Assembly (NCBI GenBank): GCA_016195045.1
Contig: JACQAJ010000022.1
Coordinates: 1 to 39,772, forward strand
Direction: 5' to 3'
Source: Candidatus Azambacteria bacterium
Lineage (GTDB): Bacteria > Patescibacteriota > Minisyncoccia > GWC2-36-17 > JACQAJ01
DNA: 39,772 bases
Part shown: positions 27,815-35,806 of the stretch, one piece after another
Layout: each line of letters starts with the position of its first letter
Position numbering within the stretch: position 1 is the stretch's first letter
The notes under the pieces: generated by a model
Databases searched by the model: none
What the model was told of the DNA's origin: nothing
What the model saw: only the letters and a program-made list of their open reading frames with translations
Translations under genes and position numbers: made by a program

Positions 27815-28006
27815 TTACTTTGATTCACCCAAAATAGTTAAAATTCTGGCTATATCTTTTTTTAAATTTTTAACTTCCTTAACATTCTTAGTTTTTTTAA
27901 ATTGATCATGATAGACTATCTCAAAAACTTTCTTCCTATTTTCACTAAGAAGATTAGTTAATTCTGTCTCCGAATTTTGACGTAATTTATTTGGTGTCAT
28001 AATCAT
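27815..28006 (-). CDS. rpmC: 50S ribosomal protein L29
   Basis: 63 aa helical protein between L16 and S17, with an LRQNSETELTNLL-type N-terminus. Confidence 0.85.
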   Translation of the reverse strand: MIMTPNKLRQNSETELTNLLSENRKKVFEIVYHDQFKKTKNVKEVKNLKKDIARILTILGESK

Positions 28007-28034
28007 TTTACATTTTAATTTTTAAATTTTAATT

Positions 28035-28454
28035 TCAATTAATTTCCCGTGTAACAAATTCAGTCTTAAATGGTAACTTTGAAGAAGCTAACCTAAAAGC
28101 TGACTTAGCTACTGATTTTTCTACACCATCAACTTCAAAAATAATTCGACCGGGCTTAATAACGGTCACATAATGATCTGGAGCTCCTTTTCCGTGGCCC
28201 ATCCCTGTTTCACTGCCTTTTTTAGTTACTGGCTTATCAGGAAATACCCTAATCCAAAGCTTACCACTTCTATTAAGAAAATTGGTGGTCGCGCGACGAG
28301 CCGCTTCAATCTGTCTTGCGTTAAGCCAAACTGATCCTAATGCCTTCAAACCAAAACTCCCAAAACTAAGAGAAACTCCTCTCGTTTCAATTTTACGGGA
28401 ACGACTTCTTCCTTTATGCCATTTTCTATATTTTACTTTTTTAGGCGCTAACAT
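28035..28454 (-). CDS. rplP: 50S ribosomal protein L16
   Basis: MLAPKKVKYRKWHKGR N-terminus, 139 aa. Confidence 0.95.
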   Translation of the reverse strand: MLAPKKVKYRKWHKGRSRSRKIETRGVSLSFGSFGLKALGSVWLNARQIEAARRATTNFLNRSGKLWIRVFPDKPVTKKGSETGMGHGKGAPDHYVTVIKPGRIIFEVDGVEKSVAKSAFRLASSKLPFKTEFVTREIN

Positions 28455-28536
28455 AGATTAGTTGATAGTTGGTAGTTGGTAGTTGGTAGAAAATCTACCG
28501 TTCACTACTCACTACAAACTACTCACTACAAACTAA
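28455..28536. repeat. Heptad-arm hairpin element, family B copy 2 (rpsC-rplP spacer)
   Basis: Its 74-nt core differs from copy 1 (23127-23200) at a single position (ttgatag versus ttggtag). Confidence 0.88.
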
Positions 28537-29235
28537 TTATTTAAAGACTTCTCCTTTATATATCCAGACCTTGATACCAATCGTACCATAGGTACAAAAA
28601 GCCACCACATTGGCATAATCCATATTCGCCCTTAAGGTCGATAGAGGAATTTTACCCTTATGAAACATTTCTTTCCGGGCAATTTCTGAACCATCGAGCC
28701 TACCGGAAATTAAAATCTTAATTCCCTCAACACCCTTAACTACCAATACCTTTTCCAGTGTCTGCTTTACTACTCGTCTAAACGGAGTTCTTTTTTCTAT
28801 TTGTTCAGCTATATTACCCCCCACGATCATAGCATAAGCTTCTGGATCTCTGATTTCATCGATTTGTAATTTTACCTCAAATTTATTTAATAGCAACTCT
28901 TTTTCATGGAAACCCAGTGATGGCAAAGTTGACATATCACTTCTCAATTTTTTAAGTATTTTGACTAATTCTTTTCTTAATGTTTCAGATCCAGTGCCAC
29001 CACGTCCAATTATTAAACCAGGTCGAGAAGTTTTAATAATCACATTGATTTGATTGCCATTTCTTTCAATCTCAATACGGTCAACCCCCATCTTTTTTAA
29101 TTTTAGATCAAGATATTGCCTAATTTCATAGTCTTCCCTAAGAAAAATCTTGAATGGCTTCAAGCTAAACCAGCGACTCTGCCAGTCTCTGGTAATTCCT
29201 AATCTCATTGAATACGGATGTGTTTTATTGCCCAT
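28537..29235 (-). CDS. rpsC: 30S ribosomal protein S3
   Basis: MGNKTHPYSMRLGITRDWQSRWF N-terminus with KH and S3-C domains. Confidence 0.95.
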   Translation of the reverse strand: MGNKTHPYSMRLGITRDWQSRWFSLKPFKIFLREDYEIRQYLDLKLKKMGVDRIEIERNGNQINVIIKTSRPGLIIGRGGTGSETLRKELVKILKKLRSDMSTLPSLGFHEKELLLNKFEVKLQIDEIRDPEAYAMIVGGNIAEQIEKRTPFRRVVKQTLEKVLVVKGVEGIKILISGRLDGSEIARKEMFHKGKIPLSTLRANMDYANVVAFCTYGTIGIKVWIYKGEVFK

Positions 29236-29317
29236 GTTGGTAGTTGGTAGTTGGTAGTTGGTAGTTGATAGTTGGTAGATTTCTACAAACTACTCACTAC
29301 AAACTACTCACTAATTT
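29236..29317. repeat. Heptad-arm hairpin element, family B copy 3 (rplV-rpsC spacer)
   Basis: The left arm is expanded to six TTGGTAG/TTGATAG units (29236-29279). The loop is short (attt) and the right arm is ctacaaactactcactacaaactactcacta. Confidence 0.85.
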
Positions 29318-29689
29318 TTATTCTTTCTTTGATTTTTTTATTTTTTTATCTTTTTCTTCTTTACTATTCAAAACCAAGGTCACATGACTGGTCCGTTTCT
29401 TAATCATATTAGATCGTCCCATAGCTCGGGGACGTTGTCTCTTTAAGGCTGGACCCTCATCAATAATAATTTGTTTAATATAAAAATTTTCGTTACTAAG
29501 ATTGAGATTCTTGGCATTAGCAATCGCTGAATTCAAGAGCTTTAGAATTGGCCCACCAGCCTTCTTGACTAAAAACCTTAACTGATTGACTGCTGTTACG
29601 ATACTTTTACCTCGAATTAAATCTGCTACTAGTCTTACCTTCCTAGGCGCCATTCTTAAATGATTTAAACTTGCTTTTACTTCGGACAT
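29318..29689 (-). CDS. rplV: 50S ribosomal protein L22
   Basis: The real start is MSEVKASLNHLRMAPRKVRLV at 29689. The ORF-track N-terminus (MIPKLLYSIFYILLI) is a translated heptad repeat. Confidence 0.92.
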   Translation of the reverse strand: MSEVKASLNHLRMAPRKVRLVADLIRGKSIVTAVNQLRFLVKKAGGPILKLLNSAIANAKNLNLSNENFYIKQIIIDEGPALKRQRPRAMGRSNMIKKRTSHVTLVLNSKEEKDKKIKKSKKE

Positions 29690-29768
29690 AATTAATAGAA
29701 TATAGAATATAGAATATAGAAGTTTGGGGATCATGAAATTATTCCAAATTCTATATTCTATATTCTAT
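29690..29768. repeat. Heptad-arm hairpin element, family G (rpsS-rplV spacer), near-perfect stem
   Basis: tagaatatagaatatagaatatagaa-g-tttgg (29696-29727) pairs with ccaaa-t-ttctatattctatattcta (29744-29767). That gives about 25 bp with one G-T pair and a 16-nt loop. The rpsS stop at 29765-29767 is inside the stem. Confidence 0.9.
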
Positions 29769-30073
29769 GTTTTAGTTTTCCCCGCATCAGCCGCTTTCTT
29801 TTCTATTTCTTTTTGCATTTTACCGCCATGCCTAATAAACTTTCTGGTTAAAGAAAACTCACCTAATCGATGGCCAACCATCTCTTCAGTTACAAAAACC
29901 GGTACATGAGTTTTTCCATTATGAACTCCGAAAGTAAAATTAATCATTAACGGAGAAATTACTGACGCTCTTGACCAGGTTTTGATGATCATCTTATCGT
30001 CAATTTTCATATTACCTATTTTTTTTAATAATTTTGGATCGATAAATGGACCCTTTTTAAGACTTCGTGGCAT
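29765..30073 (-). CDS. rpsS: 30S ribosomal protein S19
   Basis: [19 protein letters not shown] .. [13 protein letters not shown]. Confidence 0.95.
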   Translation of the reverse strand: MPRSLKKGPFIDPKLLKKIGNMKIDDKMIIKTWSRASVISPLMINFTFGVHNGKTHVPVFVTEEMVGHRLGEFSLTRKFIRHGGKMQKEIEKKAADAGKTKT

Positions 30074-30156
30074 GTTTTAATTTCAGATTTATGATTTATG
30101 ATTTATGATTTATGAATAATTTTGAAATTCTTAAATCTTAAATCTTAAATCTTCTT
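30074..30156. repeat. Heptad-arm hairpin element, family A copy 3 (rplB-rpsS spacer)
   Basis: (GATTTAT)x4, gaataattttgaaattc, then (TTAAATC)x3. It differs from copy 2 at one position over about 66 nt. Confidence 0.88.
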
Positions 30157-30987
30157 TTACTTCTTAGTTCTTCTTTTTACTATATATTTATTTGATATCT
30201 TACTCTTTTTTCTGGTTTTTACTCCAAGGGCTGGTTTACCCCAGGGTGTTTTTGGATACTTTAAACCAATCCCTTGTTTTCCTTCACCTCCGCCATGAGG
30301 ATGATCACAGGGATTCATGACTGAACCCCGGACTGTTGGTCTAATTCCCAGATGACGACTTCGACCCGCCTTACCAAGATTGATAAGAATACTCTCTGGA
30401 TTAGAAACAAGACCAATCGAAGCCCAACAATCACTTTTAACTTTTCTAATTTCAGAAGAGGGCATCGCGAGATGAGTTAAACCACTATCGTGAGCCATGA
30501 TTTTAACACTGCTGCCAGCTGCTCTGGCAAATTTTCCTCCTTGTTTTGGAGTTAACTCAACATTATGAACAAACTGACCAACTGAAATTCTGTATAATGG
30601 CAGACGATTACCAGGATTCAACTCAGCTGTTTCAGAATTAATAATTGAATCCTCAACCTTTAAATTCTGAGGCGCTAAGATATATCTCTTTTCACCATCG
30701 CTATAATTAATTAAGGCAATAAAACCTGTACGATTGGGATCGTATTCTATTGAAATAACCTTACCTGGTATATTACATTTATCCTGTTTAAAATCAATCA
30801 TTCGGAAGTTCCGTTTATGTCCACCGCCTTTATGACGAACTGTTATTTCACCTGATTGTTTCCGTCCCGATCTTTTTCTTTTACCAAAAGTCAGCCCTTT
30901 TTCTGGTTTCATTTTGGTAATATATTTTTTATAATCAACGAAAAGAGTTTGTCTCATCCCTGATGTTTTAAATCTTGCTTTAATCAT
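30157..30987 (-). CDS. rplB: 50S ribosomal protein L2
   Basis: The real start is MIKARFKTSGMRQ at 30987. The conserved MNPCDHPHGGGEGK block is present. The 53 extra residues in the ORF track read through repeat C3 and the rplW 3' end. Confidence 0.93.
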   Translation of the reverse strand: MIKARFKTSGMRQTLFVDYKKYITKMKPEKGLTFGKRKRSGRKQSGEITVRHKGGGHKRNFRMIDFKQDKCNIPGKVISIEYDPNRTGFIALINYSDGEKRYILAPQNLKVEDSIINSETAELNPGNRLPLYRISVGQFVHNVELTPKQGGKFARAAGSSVKIMAHDSGLTHLAMPSSEIRKVKSDCWASIGLVSNPESILINLGKAGRSRHLGIRPTVRGSVMNPCDHPHGGGEGKQGIGLKYPKTPWGKPALGVKTRKKSKISNKYIVKRRTKK

Positions 30988-31076
30988 AAAATAATCCACA
31001 AATAACAACGAATTTATTACGAATGGCGACGAATATTCGTTGCCATTCGTGAATGACATTCGTTGCCATTCGTGTC
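30988..31076. repeat. ACGAAT nested-palindrome element, family C copy 3 (rplW-rplB spacer)
   Basis: It shares an identical 45-nt core, acgaatttattacgaatggcgacgaatattcgttgccattcgtga, with copy 1. Confidence 0.88.
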
Positions 31077-31538
31077 TTAGATACCGAAATCTATTTTTTC
31101 TCCCACTTTTAAAGTCACAACAGCTTTTTTGTGACCTGGTTGCCAACCAATCACTCGGCCTCGCTTTTTTATCTTACCAGCAGTTTTCAAAATATTTACC
31201 CCTACTACCTTAACTTGATAAAGATCTCTGATCGATTTTTTAATTTCATTCTTACTAGCATCATCGATAATCTCAAAAGAATATTTATTAAGATCTTTTA
31301 AAATTGTTGCCTTTTCGGTAATAATGGGATTTCTCAAGGACTGACTAATTCGATTCTTAAAATCTGGGGTACCCAAAACAGGATTACCTTTAATAGTCTC
31401 GCTGCTTTTCCTAACTGAAGTTTTCTTATTTAATTTAGGTTTAGAAATTTTAGAGACAGAAGATTTATCAGTTATTTTCAAGCCAGCAGTATTTTTTGTC
31501 TTTCTAAAACCTGAACTAAATATTGGAAGTTTAAACAT
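31077..31538 (-). CDS. rplW: 50S ribosomal protein L23 with possible ~55-aa Lys/Ser-rich N-terminal extension
   Basis: The conserved core is RNPIITEKATIL .. KKAVVTLKVGEKIDF. The only ATG is at 31538. An internal TTG (..PVLGTPDF) would give a canonical-length protein. Confidence 0.85.
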   Translation of the reverse strand: MFKLPIFSSGFRKTKNTAGLKITDKSSVSKISKPKLNKKTSVRKSSETIKGNPVLGTPDFKNRISQSLRNPIITEKATILKDLNKYSFEIIDDASKNEIKKSIRDLYQVKVVGVNILKTAGKIKKRGRVIGWQPGHKKAVVTLKVGEKIDFGI

Positions 31539-31634
31539 CGCTTCACTCTCTTTACCAATTACGAATTTACCGCAAATTTACGAATTTTTTAAATTATTCG
31601 GATATTCGTGAATGATTCGTAATTCATAAAATTA
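31539..31634. repeat. ACGAAT palindrome element, family C copy 4, divergent (rplD-rplW spacer)
   Basis: aattacgaatttaccgcaaatttacgaatttttt / aaattattcggatattcgtgaatgattcgtaatt. Confidence 0.7.
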
Positions 31635-32279
31635 TTACTTTTCTTTATTAAGATTAATTAGTTTCTCAATCGAATCTTTAGTTAAAATTAAAAACTTATA
31701 ATCAAGCAAATCAATGACATTTAAATTTTTAGCCTCAAGAACTTGAACTTTGGGAAGATTTTTTGATGACCTGATAACTGTTTGATCTGGCATGGCTGTA
31801 ACAACCAAAGCATTGTATTTTAATAATTTTGAACTTTTAAAAATAGCATTAAAGATATTAGCCATTAATTTAGTTTTGGCTTTTTCAGTATATAAATCAT
31901 CAACAATAATTAATTGATTATCCTTAACTTTCCGACTTAAAACCATCAGCATCGCCTTATGCTTCATTTTTCTATTGATCTTTTTCTCAAAATTTCTTTC
32001 TTTTTTAGGACCAAAAGTAACACCGCCGCCCTTCCAAATTGGCGAACGAATAGAACCGTGTCTCGCTCGGCCAGTTCCTTTTTGCTTCCATGGTTTCTTA
32101 CCACCACCACTAACTTCACCGCGACCCTTGGTATGAGCGATCGTCTTACGTCGATTAGACATCATGGAAACATAAATTTGATGAACTAAATCAGAATTAA
32201 ACTTAACGTCAAAAATACCAGTTGGTAAATCAACCGTGCCATTCTTTTCTCCTTTTTTATCTAAAACATCAATCGTCAT
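31635..32279 (-). CDS. rplD: 50S ribosomal protein L4
   Basis: KGRGEVSGGGKKPWKQKGTGRARHGSIRSPIWKGGGVTFGP. Confidence 0.95.
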   Translation of the reverse strand: MTIDVLDKKGEKNGTVDLPTGIFDVKFNSDLVHQIYVSMMSNRRKTIAHTKGRGEVSGGGKKPWKQKGTGRARHGSIRSPIWKGGGVTFGPKKERNFEKKINRKMKHKAMLMVLSRKVKDNQLIIVDDLYTEKAKTKLMANIFNAIFKSSKLLKYNALVVTAMPDQTVIRSSKNLPKVQVLEAKNLNVIDLLDYKFLILTKDSIEKLINLNKEK

Positions 32280-32415
32280 AATTTTAACTTATAGTTTATT
32301 AGTTTATCAAGTAATAGGAAATATAAAAAATTTTTGAGGTCGAGGCTTTCTCTTTTACAAATTACATATAGAAAGCCGAGGCTCACACGAAAATTTTTTA
32401 CATTTCCTATTACTT
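32280..32415. repeat. Composite hairpin element, family I (rplC-rplD spacer)
   Basis: The outer arms are aagtaataggaaatataaaaaattttt (32309-32335) and gaaaattttttacatttcctattactt (32389-32415). The inner stem is ggctttct / agaaagcc. The rplC stop (32410-32412) is in the outer arm. Confidence 0.8.
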
Positions 32416-33051
32416 AAATATTTTTTTCTTAGCTTTTGTTCCTGATTTAGTTATTTCTAATAAGACTCCTTTTCTGCCCGGAACTGCGCCCGAAACAGCT
32501 AATAAATTATTTTCTTGATCTATCTTCATAATTTTTAAATTTTTAACAGTTTTTCTCTCTCCACCCATTCGCCCAGCCATCTTCTTACCCTTAATAACGC
32601 GCTGTGGCCAAGTGGAGCCAATCGAACCGGGCTCACGATGAGAGTGTTTAGTTCCATGAGTTCTGGTAGCTCCAGCAAAACCATGTCTTTTTACAACCCC
32701 CTGAAAACCAAAACTTTTTGAAATACCAGAGACATCAACTGACTCTCCTTCCTTAAATAAAGAAATTAAAATTTCTCTACCTCTTGCCATACCTGATTGA
32801 TCTTCATTAATCCGAAATTCTCTAAGATACCTAAGATTATTTAAATCCTTTAAATGTCCCGCTAGTGGCTTATTCATTTTCTTCCTTTTAAGATCGTAAC
32901 CAACTTGAACAGCCGAATAACCATCATTTTGCTTTGTTTTAACTTGGGTAATGACACTTGGACTCACCTCAATAACCGTTATTGGTGTTACCAAACCAGC
33001 AGCATCAAACATCTGAGTCATTCCTATTTTTTTACCAAGAATAGAATTCAT
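32410..33051 (-). CDS. rplC: 50S ribosomal protein L3
   Basis: ILGKKIGMTQMFD .. FQGVVKRHGFAG. Confidence 0.95.
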   Translation of the reverse strand: MNSILGKKIGMTQMFDAAGLVTPITVIEVSPSVITQVKTKQNDGYSAVQVGYDLKRKKMNKPLAGHLKDLNNLRYLREFRINEDQSGMARGREILISLFKEGESVDVSGISKSFGFQGVVKRHGFAGATRTHGTKHSHREPGSIGSTWPQRVIKGKKMAGRMGGERKTVKNLKIMKIDQENNLLAVSGAVPGRKGVLLEITKSGTKAKKKIFK

Positions 33052-33154
33052 ATATCATCAAACAAAAAATCGAGACTAGCCCGATTTTATTGTCTGGCTT
33101 TCATTTCTACTATCTTATAAGTTATTGGTAGTTATTCATTGAATAATAAAATGA

Positions 33155-33553
33155 TTAGACCTTAATTTCAATATCAACACCAGCTGGTAAACTTAAATTA
33201 GTCAAAGCTTCGATGATTTTCGAACTCGGATTGATAATATCAATTAGTCTTTGGTGAATCCGAATTTCATATTGTTCCCTAGAATTCTTATGAACAAAAG
33301 TAGAACGATTAACCGTGTACTTTTTTATTTGACTAGGTAATGGAACTGGACCAACAATCTCAGCGTCAAATCTTTCGATATTTTCAATAATTTGACGAGT
33401 ACTATTGTCAATAATCTTACTGTCGTAAGATTTTATTTTAATCCTAATTCTTTGCTTAACTTCTGTCTCTTTCGATTTCTCGGTAATCTTAGTAACTATC
33501 TTCTTTTTCGATTCCGCTTTTTCTTTAGTTGTATTTGTTAAAGTATTTACCAT
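33155..33553 (-). CDS. rpsJ: 30S ribosomal protein S10 with Lys/Glu-rich N-terminal extension
   Basis: The core is QRIRIKIKSYDSKIIDNSTRQIIE .. LPAGVDIEIKV. I chose ATG 33553 (MVNTLTN). The ORF track uses the GTG at 33577. Confidence 0.9.
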   Translation of the reverse strand: MVNTLTNTTKEKAESKKKIVTKITEKSKETEVKQRIRIKIKSYDSKIIDNSTRQIIENIERFDAEIVGPVPLPSQIKKYTVNRSTFVHKNSREQYEIRIHQRLIDIINPSSKIIEALTNLSLPAGVDIEIKV

Positions 33554-33590
33554 GTTGATTTTATTAAATAAAACCACGACTAACTGATCA

Positions 33591-34790
33591 CTAAACGAGA
33601 ATTTTAGTCACCACGCCCGCCCCAACCGTTTTTCCTCCTTCTCGAATAGCAAATCGTTGTTTCTCTTCCAGAGCAATTGGTGATATTAATTTAACTTTCA
33701 TATTAACAGTATCGCCCGGCATAACCATCTCGGTACCAGCTGGTAATTCTATTTCTCCAGTCACATCAGTAGTTCTAATATAAAATTGCGGTTTATAGCC
33801 CTTCATAAATGGTGTGTGACGACCGCCTTCTTCTTTGGTTAAGACGTAAATTTCGGACTCAAATTCAGTATGAGGAGTCACACTACCTGGTTTAACAATA
33901 ACTTGACCACGCTGAACATCTTCTTTCTTAATACCTCTCAAAAGAATGCCGGCATTATCTCCAGCCAAACCCTCATCAAGAGATTTATTAAACATTTCAA
34001 TACCCGTGATAATTGTTTTGGTAGTGGGCACAATTCCCACGATTTCTATTTCTTCATTAACTTTAGCTTTACCTCTTTCAATTCTACCAGTCACAACAGT
34101 TCCCCGACCTTCAATAGAAAAAATATCTTCAATCGGCATTAAGAATGGTTGATCAATCTCTCGAACTGGATCAGGAATACCCGCATCAACGGCTTCAATC
34201 AACTCGAGAATTGGCTTGACCCATGGATCATCCTTTGAGGTCGCCTGGAGAGCCTTAACAGCAGAACCCCTGATAACTTTTATAGTATTACCCGGAAAAC
34301 TATATTTATTTAAAAGTTCTCTAACTTCTGATTCAACTAAATCAATCAACTCCGGATCGTCAACCATATCAGTCTTATTCAAAAATACAACAATGGCTGG
34401 CACGGCTACCTGACGAGCCAAGAGAACGTGTTCCCGAGTTTGAGGCATAGGACCATCAGCAGCTGAAACAACTAAAATAGCACCATCCATTTGAGCGGCT
34501 CCAGTAATCATATTTTTAACATAGTCAGCGTGTCCTGGACAATCGATATGGGCATAATGTCTTTTAGCGGTTTGAAACTCCGAGTGATGAATAGCGATCG
34601 TAATCCCCCTCTGTCTTTCTTCTGGAGTATTATCAATTTGATCAACACTTTCGACCTTAGATTTAAAATCACCGCCAACTAAACTTAAACAATGTAAAAT
34701 TGCTGCCGTAAGCGACGTTTTACCGTGATCAACATGACCAATGGTTCCAACATTTACGTGTAACTTATTTCTCTCAAATTTCTCTGCCAT
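33591..34790 (-). CDS. tuf: Elongation factor Tu
   Basis: [22 protein letters not shown] and NKTD GTPase motifs, 399 aa. Confidence 0.98.
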   Translation of the reverse strand: MAEKFERNKLHVNVGTIGHVDHGKTSLTAAILHCLSLVGGDFKSKVESVDQIDNTPEERQRGITIAIHHSEFQTAKRHYAHIDCPGHADYVKNMITGAAQMDGAILVVSAADGPMPQTREHVLLARQVAVPAIVVFLNKTDMVDDPELIDLVESEVRELLNKYSFPGNTIKVIRGSAVKALQATSKDDPWVKPILELIEAVDAGIPDPVREIDQPFLMPIEDIFSIEGRGTVVTGRIERGKAKVNEEIEIVGIVPTTKTIITGIEMFNKSLDEGLAGDNAGILLRGIKKEDVQRGQVIVKPGSVTPHTEFESEIYVLTKEEGGRHTPFMKGYKPQFYIRTTDVTGEIELPAGTEMVMPGDTVNMKVKLISPIALEEKQRFAIREGGKTVGAGVVTKILV

Positions 34791-34865
34791 TTTTCTTTAA
34801 AGCAACTTCTTGTTAAGCCAGAAGACGTCACTTAATTAATTATTTTTTACGACTTATTAGAGTCC

Positions 34866-34894
34866 ATCTTATTATTTATTATCTTGAATGTCAA
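34866..34894 (-). promoter_or_regulatory. Candidate promoter for tuf / S10 operon
   Basis: Minus strand TTGACA (34894-34889), 17-nt spacer, TAAGAT (34871-34866), about 75 nt upstream of the tuf ATG. Confidence 0.4.
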
Positions 34895-34922
34895 CAATCA
34901 ATCGCTCACAATCAATCGCTCA
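34895..34922. repeat. Perfect tandem 14-mer x2 abutting the candidate tuf -35 box
   Basis: caatcaatcgctca occurs at 34895-34908 and again at 34909-34922. Confidence 0.8.
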
Positions 34923-35092
34923 CCCGAATTCAATAATTAATTGCAACTCCTACTCTATTAGATAATACTTCTCATGGAGTCAGACCGTCAAATCTTCTGA
35001 TCTTGAATCGTGATTTCGACTTTGGTTTCGATAATTTCGAATTTCTTTAAATACCTCTTCTGTTGTTCTTTCTTATCAATAATGTTTTGCTC

Positions 35093-35806
35093 TTATTTTA
35101 ATACCGACTGGTAGTTCTTGAGCAGGAAGACGACCTCTTTTCTCAGATGGGTTTTAACCCATGCCTTTTCCTTTTCACCCGACAGAAGCTCGGCCAGTCC
35201 TCGCAAAATTTCGTTGTCTTTGACCGCTTCGACAACGGGGATGCAATCGGCCATATATTCTTTGATAGTTTTTCCGGTTCGAGCTTTGATTACTTCAGCA
35301 TTGATATCCCAGTGATTTGTACCAAAGAACCAGATATCGTAAATATCACGCATCGCCGTTTCGCTTCGAGTTGTCAGAGCCGCCAGCTTACTGGCAAAGA
35401 GATAATCTTTCTTGCCAGCCAACATAGAGATACCAAGATATTCTTTTATTTCGTAATGCTCTTTGATCTCTGGCATCAGGATTCTCACCTTCACTTCAAC
35501 TTTGACATTGTGGTCGGTATCGCCATAGAAGAGCAGAAAAAAAATAGTGTTTCGTTTAATATAGTCGTCTTTGATATCTCCATACTTTCCTAACATGCCA
35601 TGGATTTTTTCATGGACTAGTTTTTGAGTGGCTTCGTCTGTGGAAAATAGATCGAAATCGAGGTCTACCGAGAAACGTGTCAGGCCATAGAAAAAGTAAG
35701 CACAGGTGCCGCCCTTGAATCCCATGAGAGATGAGATGGAGGTATCAAAATAAATCTCCCGCAATATCTGTCCCATGATCAGTTGATGTTTTTCTTTATT
35801 GAGCAT
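35093..35806 (-). CDS. AbiEii/AbiGii-family nucleotidyltransferase toxin (DUF1814)
   Basis: FKGGTCAYFFYGLTRFSVDLDFDLF signature. It overlaps the upstream antitoxin gene by 11 nt. Confidence 0.85.
   Translation of the reverse strand: MLNKEKHQLIMGQILREIYFDTSISSLMGFKGGTCAYFFYGLTRFSVDLDFDLFSTDEATQKLVHEKIHGMLGKYGDIKDDYIKRNTIFFLLFYGDTDHNVKVEVKVRILMPEIKEHYEIKEYLGISMLAGKKDYLFASKLAALTTRSETAMRDIYDIWFFGTNHWDINAEVIKARTGKTIKEYMADCIPVVEAVKDNEILRGLAELLSGEKEKAWVKTHLRKEVVFLLKNYQSVLK

Noticed and set aside
33870-34682. Four plus-strand ORFs inside tuf
   Set aside because: They are antisense to EF-Tu and show no motifs. They are typical shadow ORFs.
35118-35593. Plus-strand ORFs 35118-35315 and 35147-35593
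   Set aside because: They are antisense to the AbiEii gene, which has a clear family signature.
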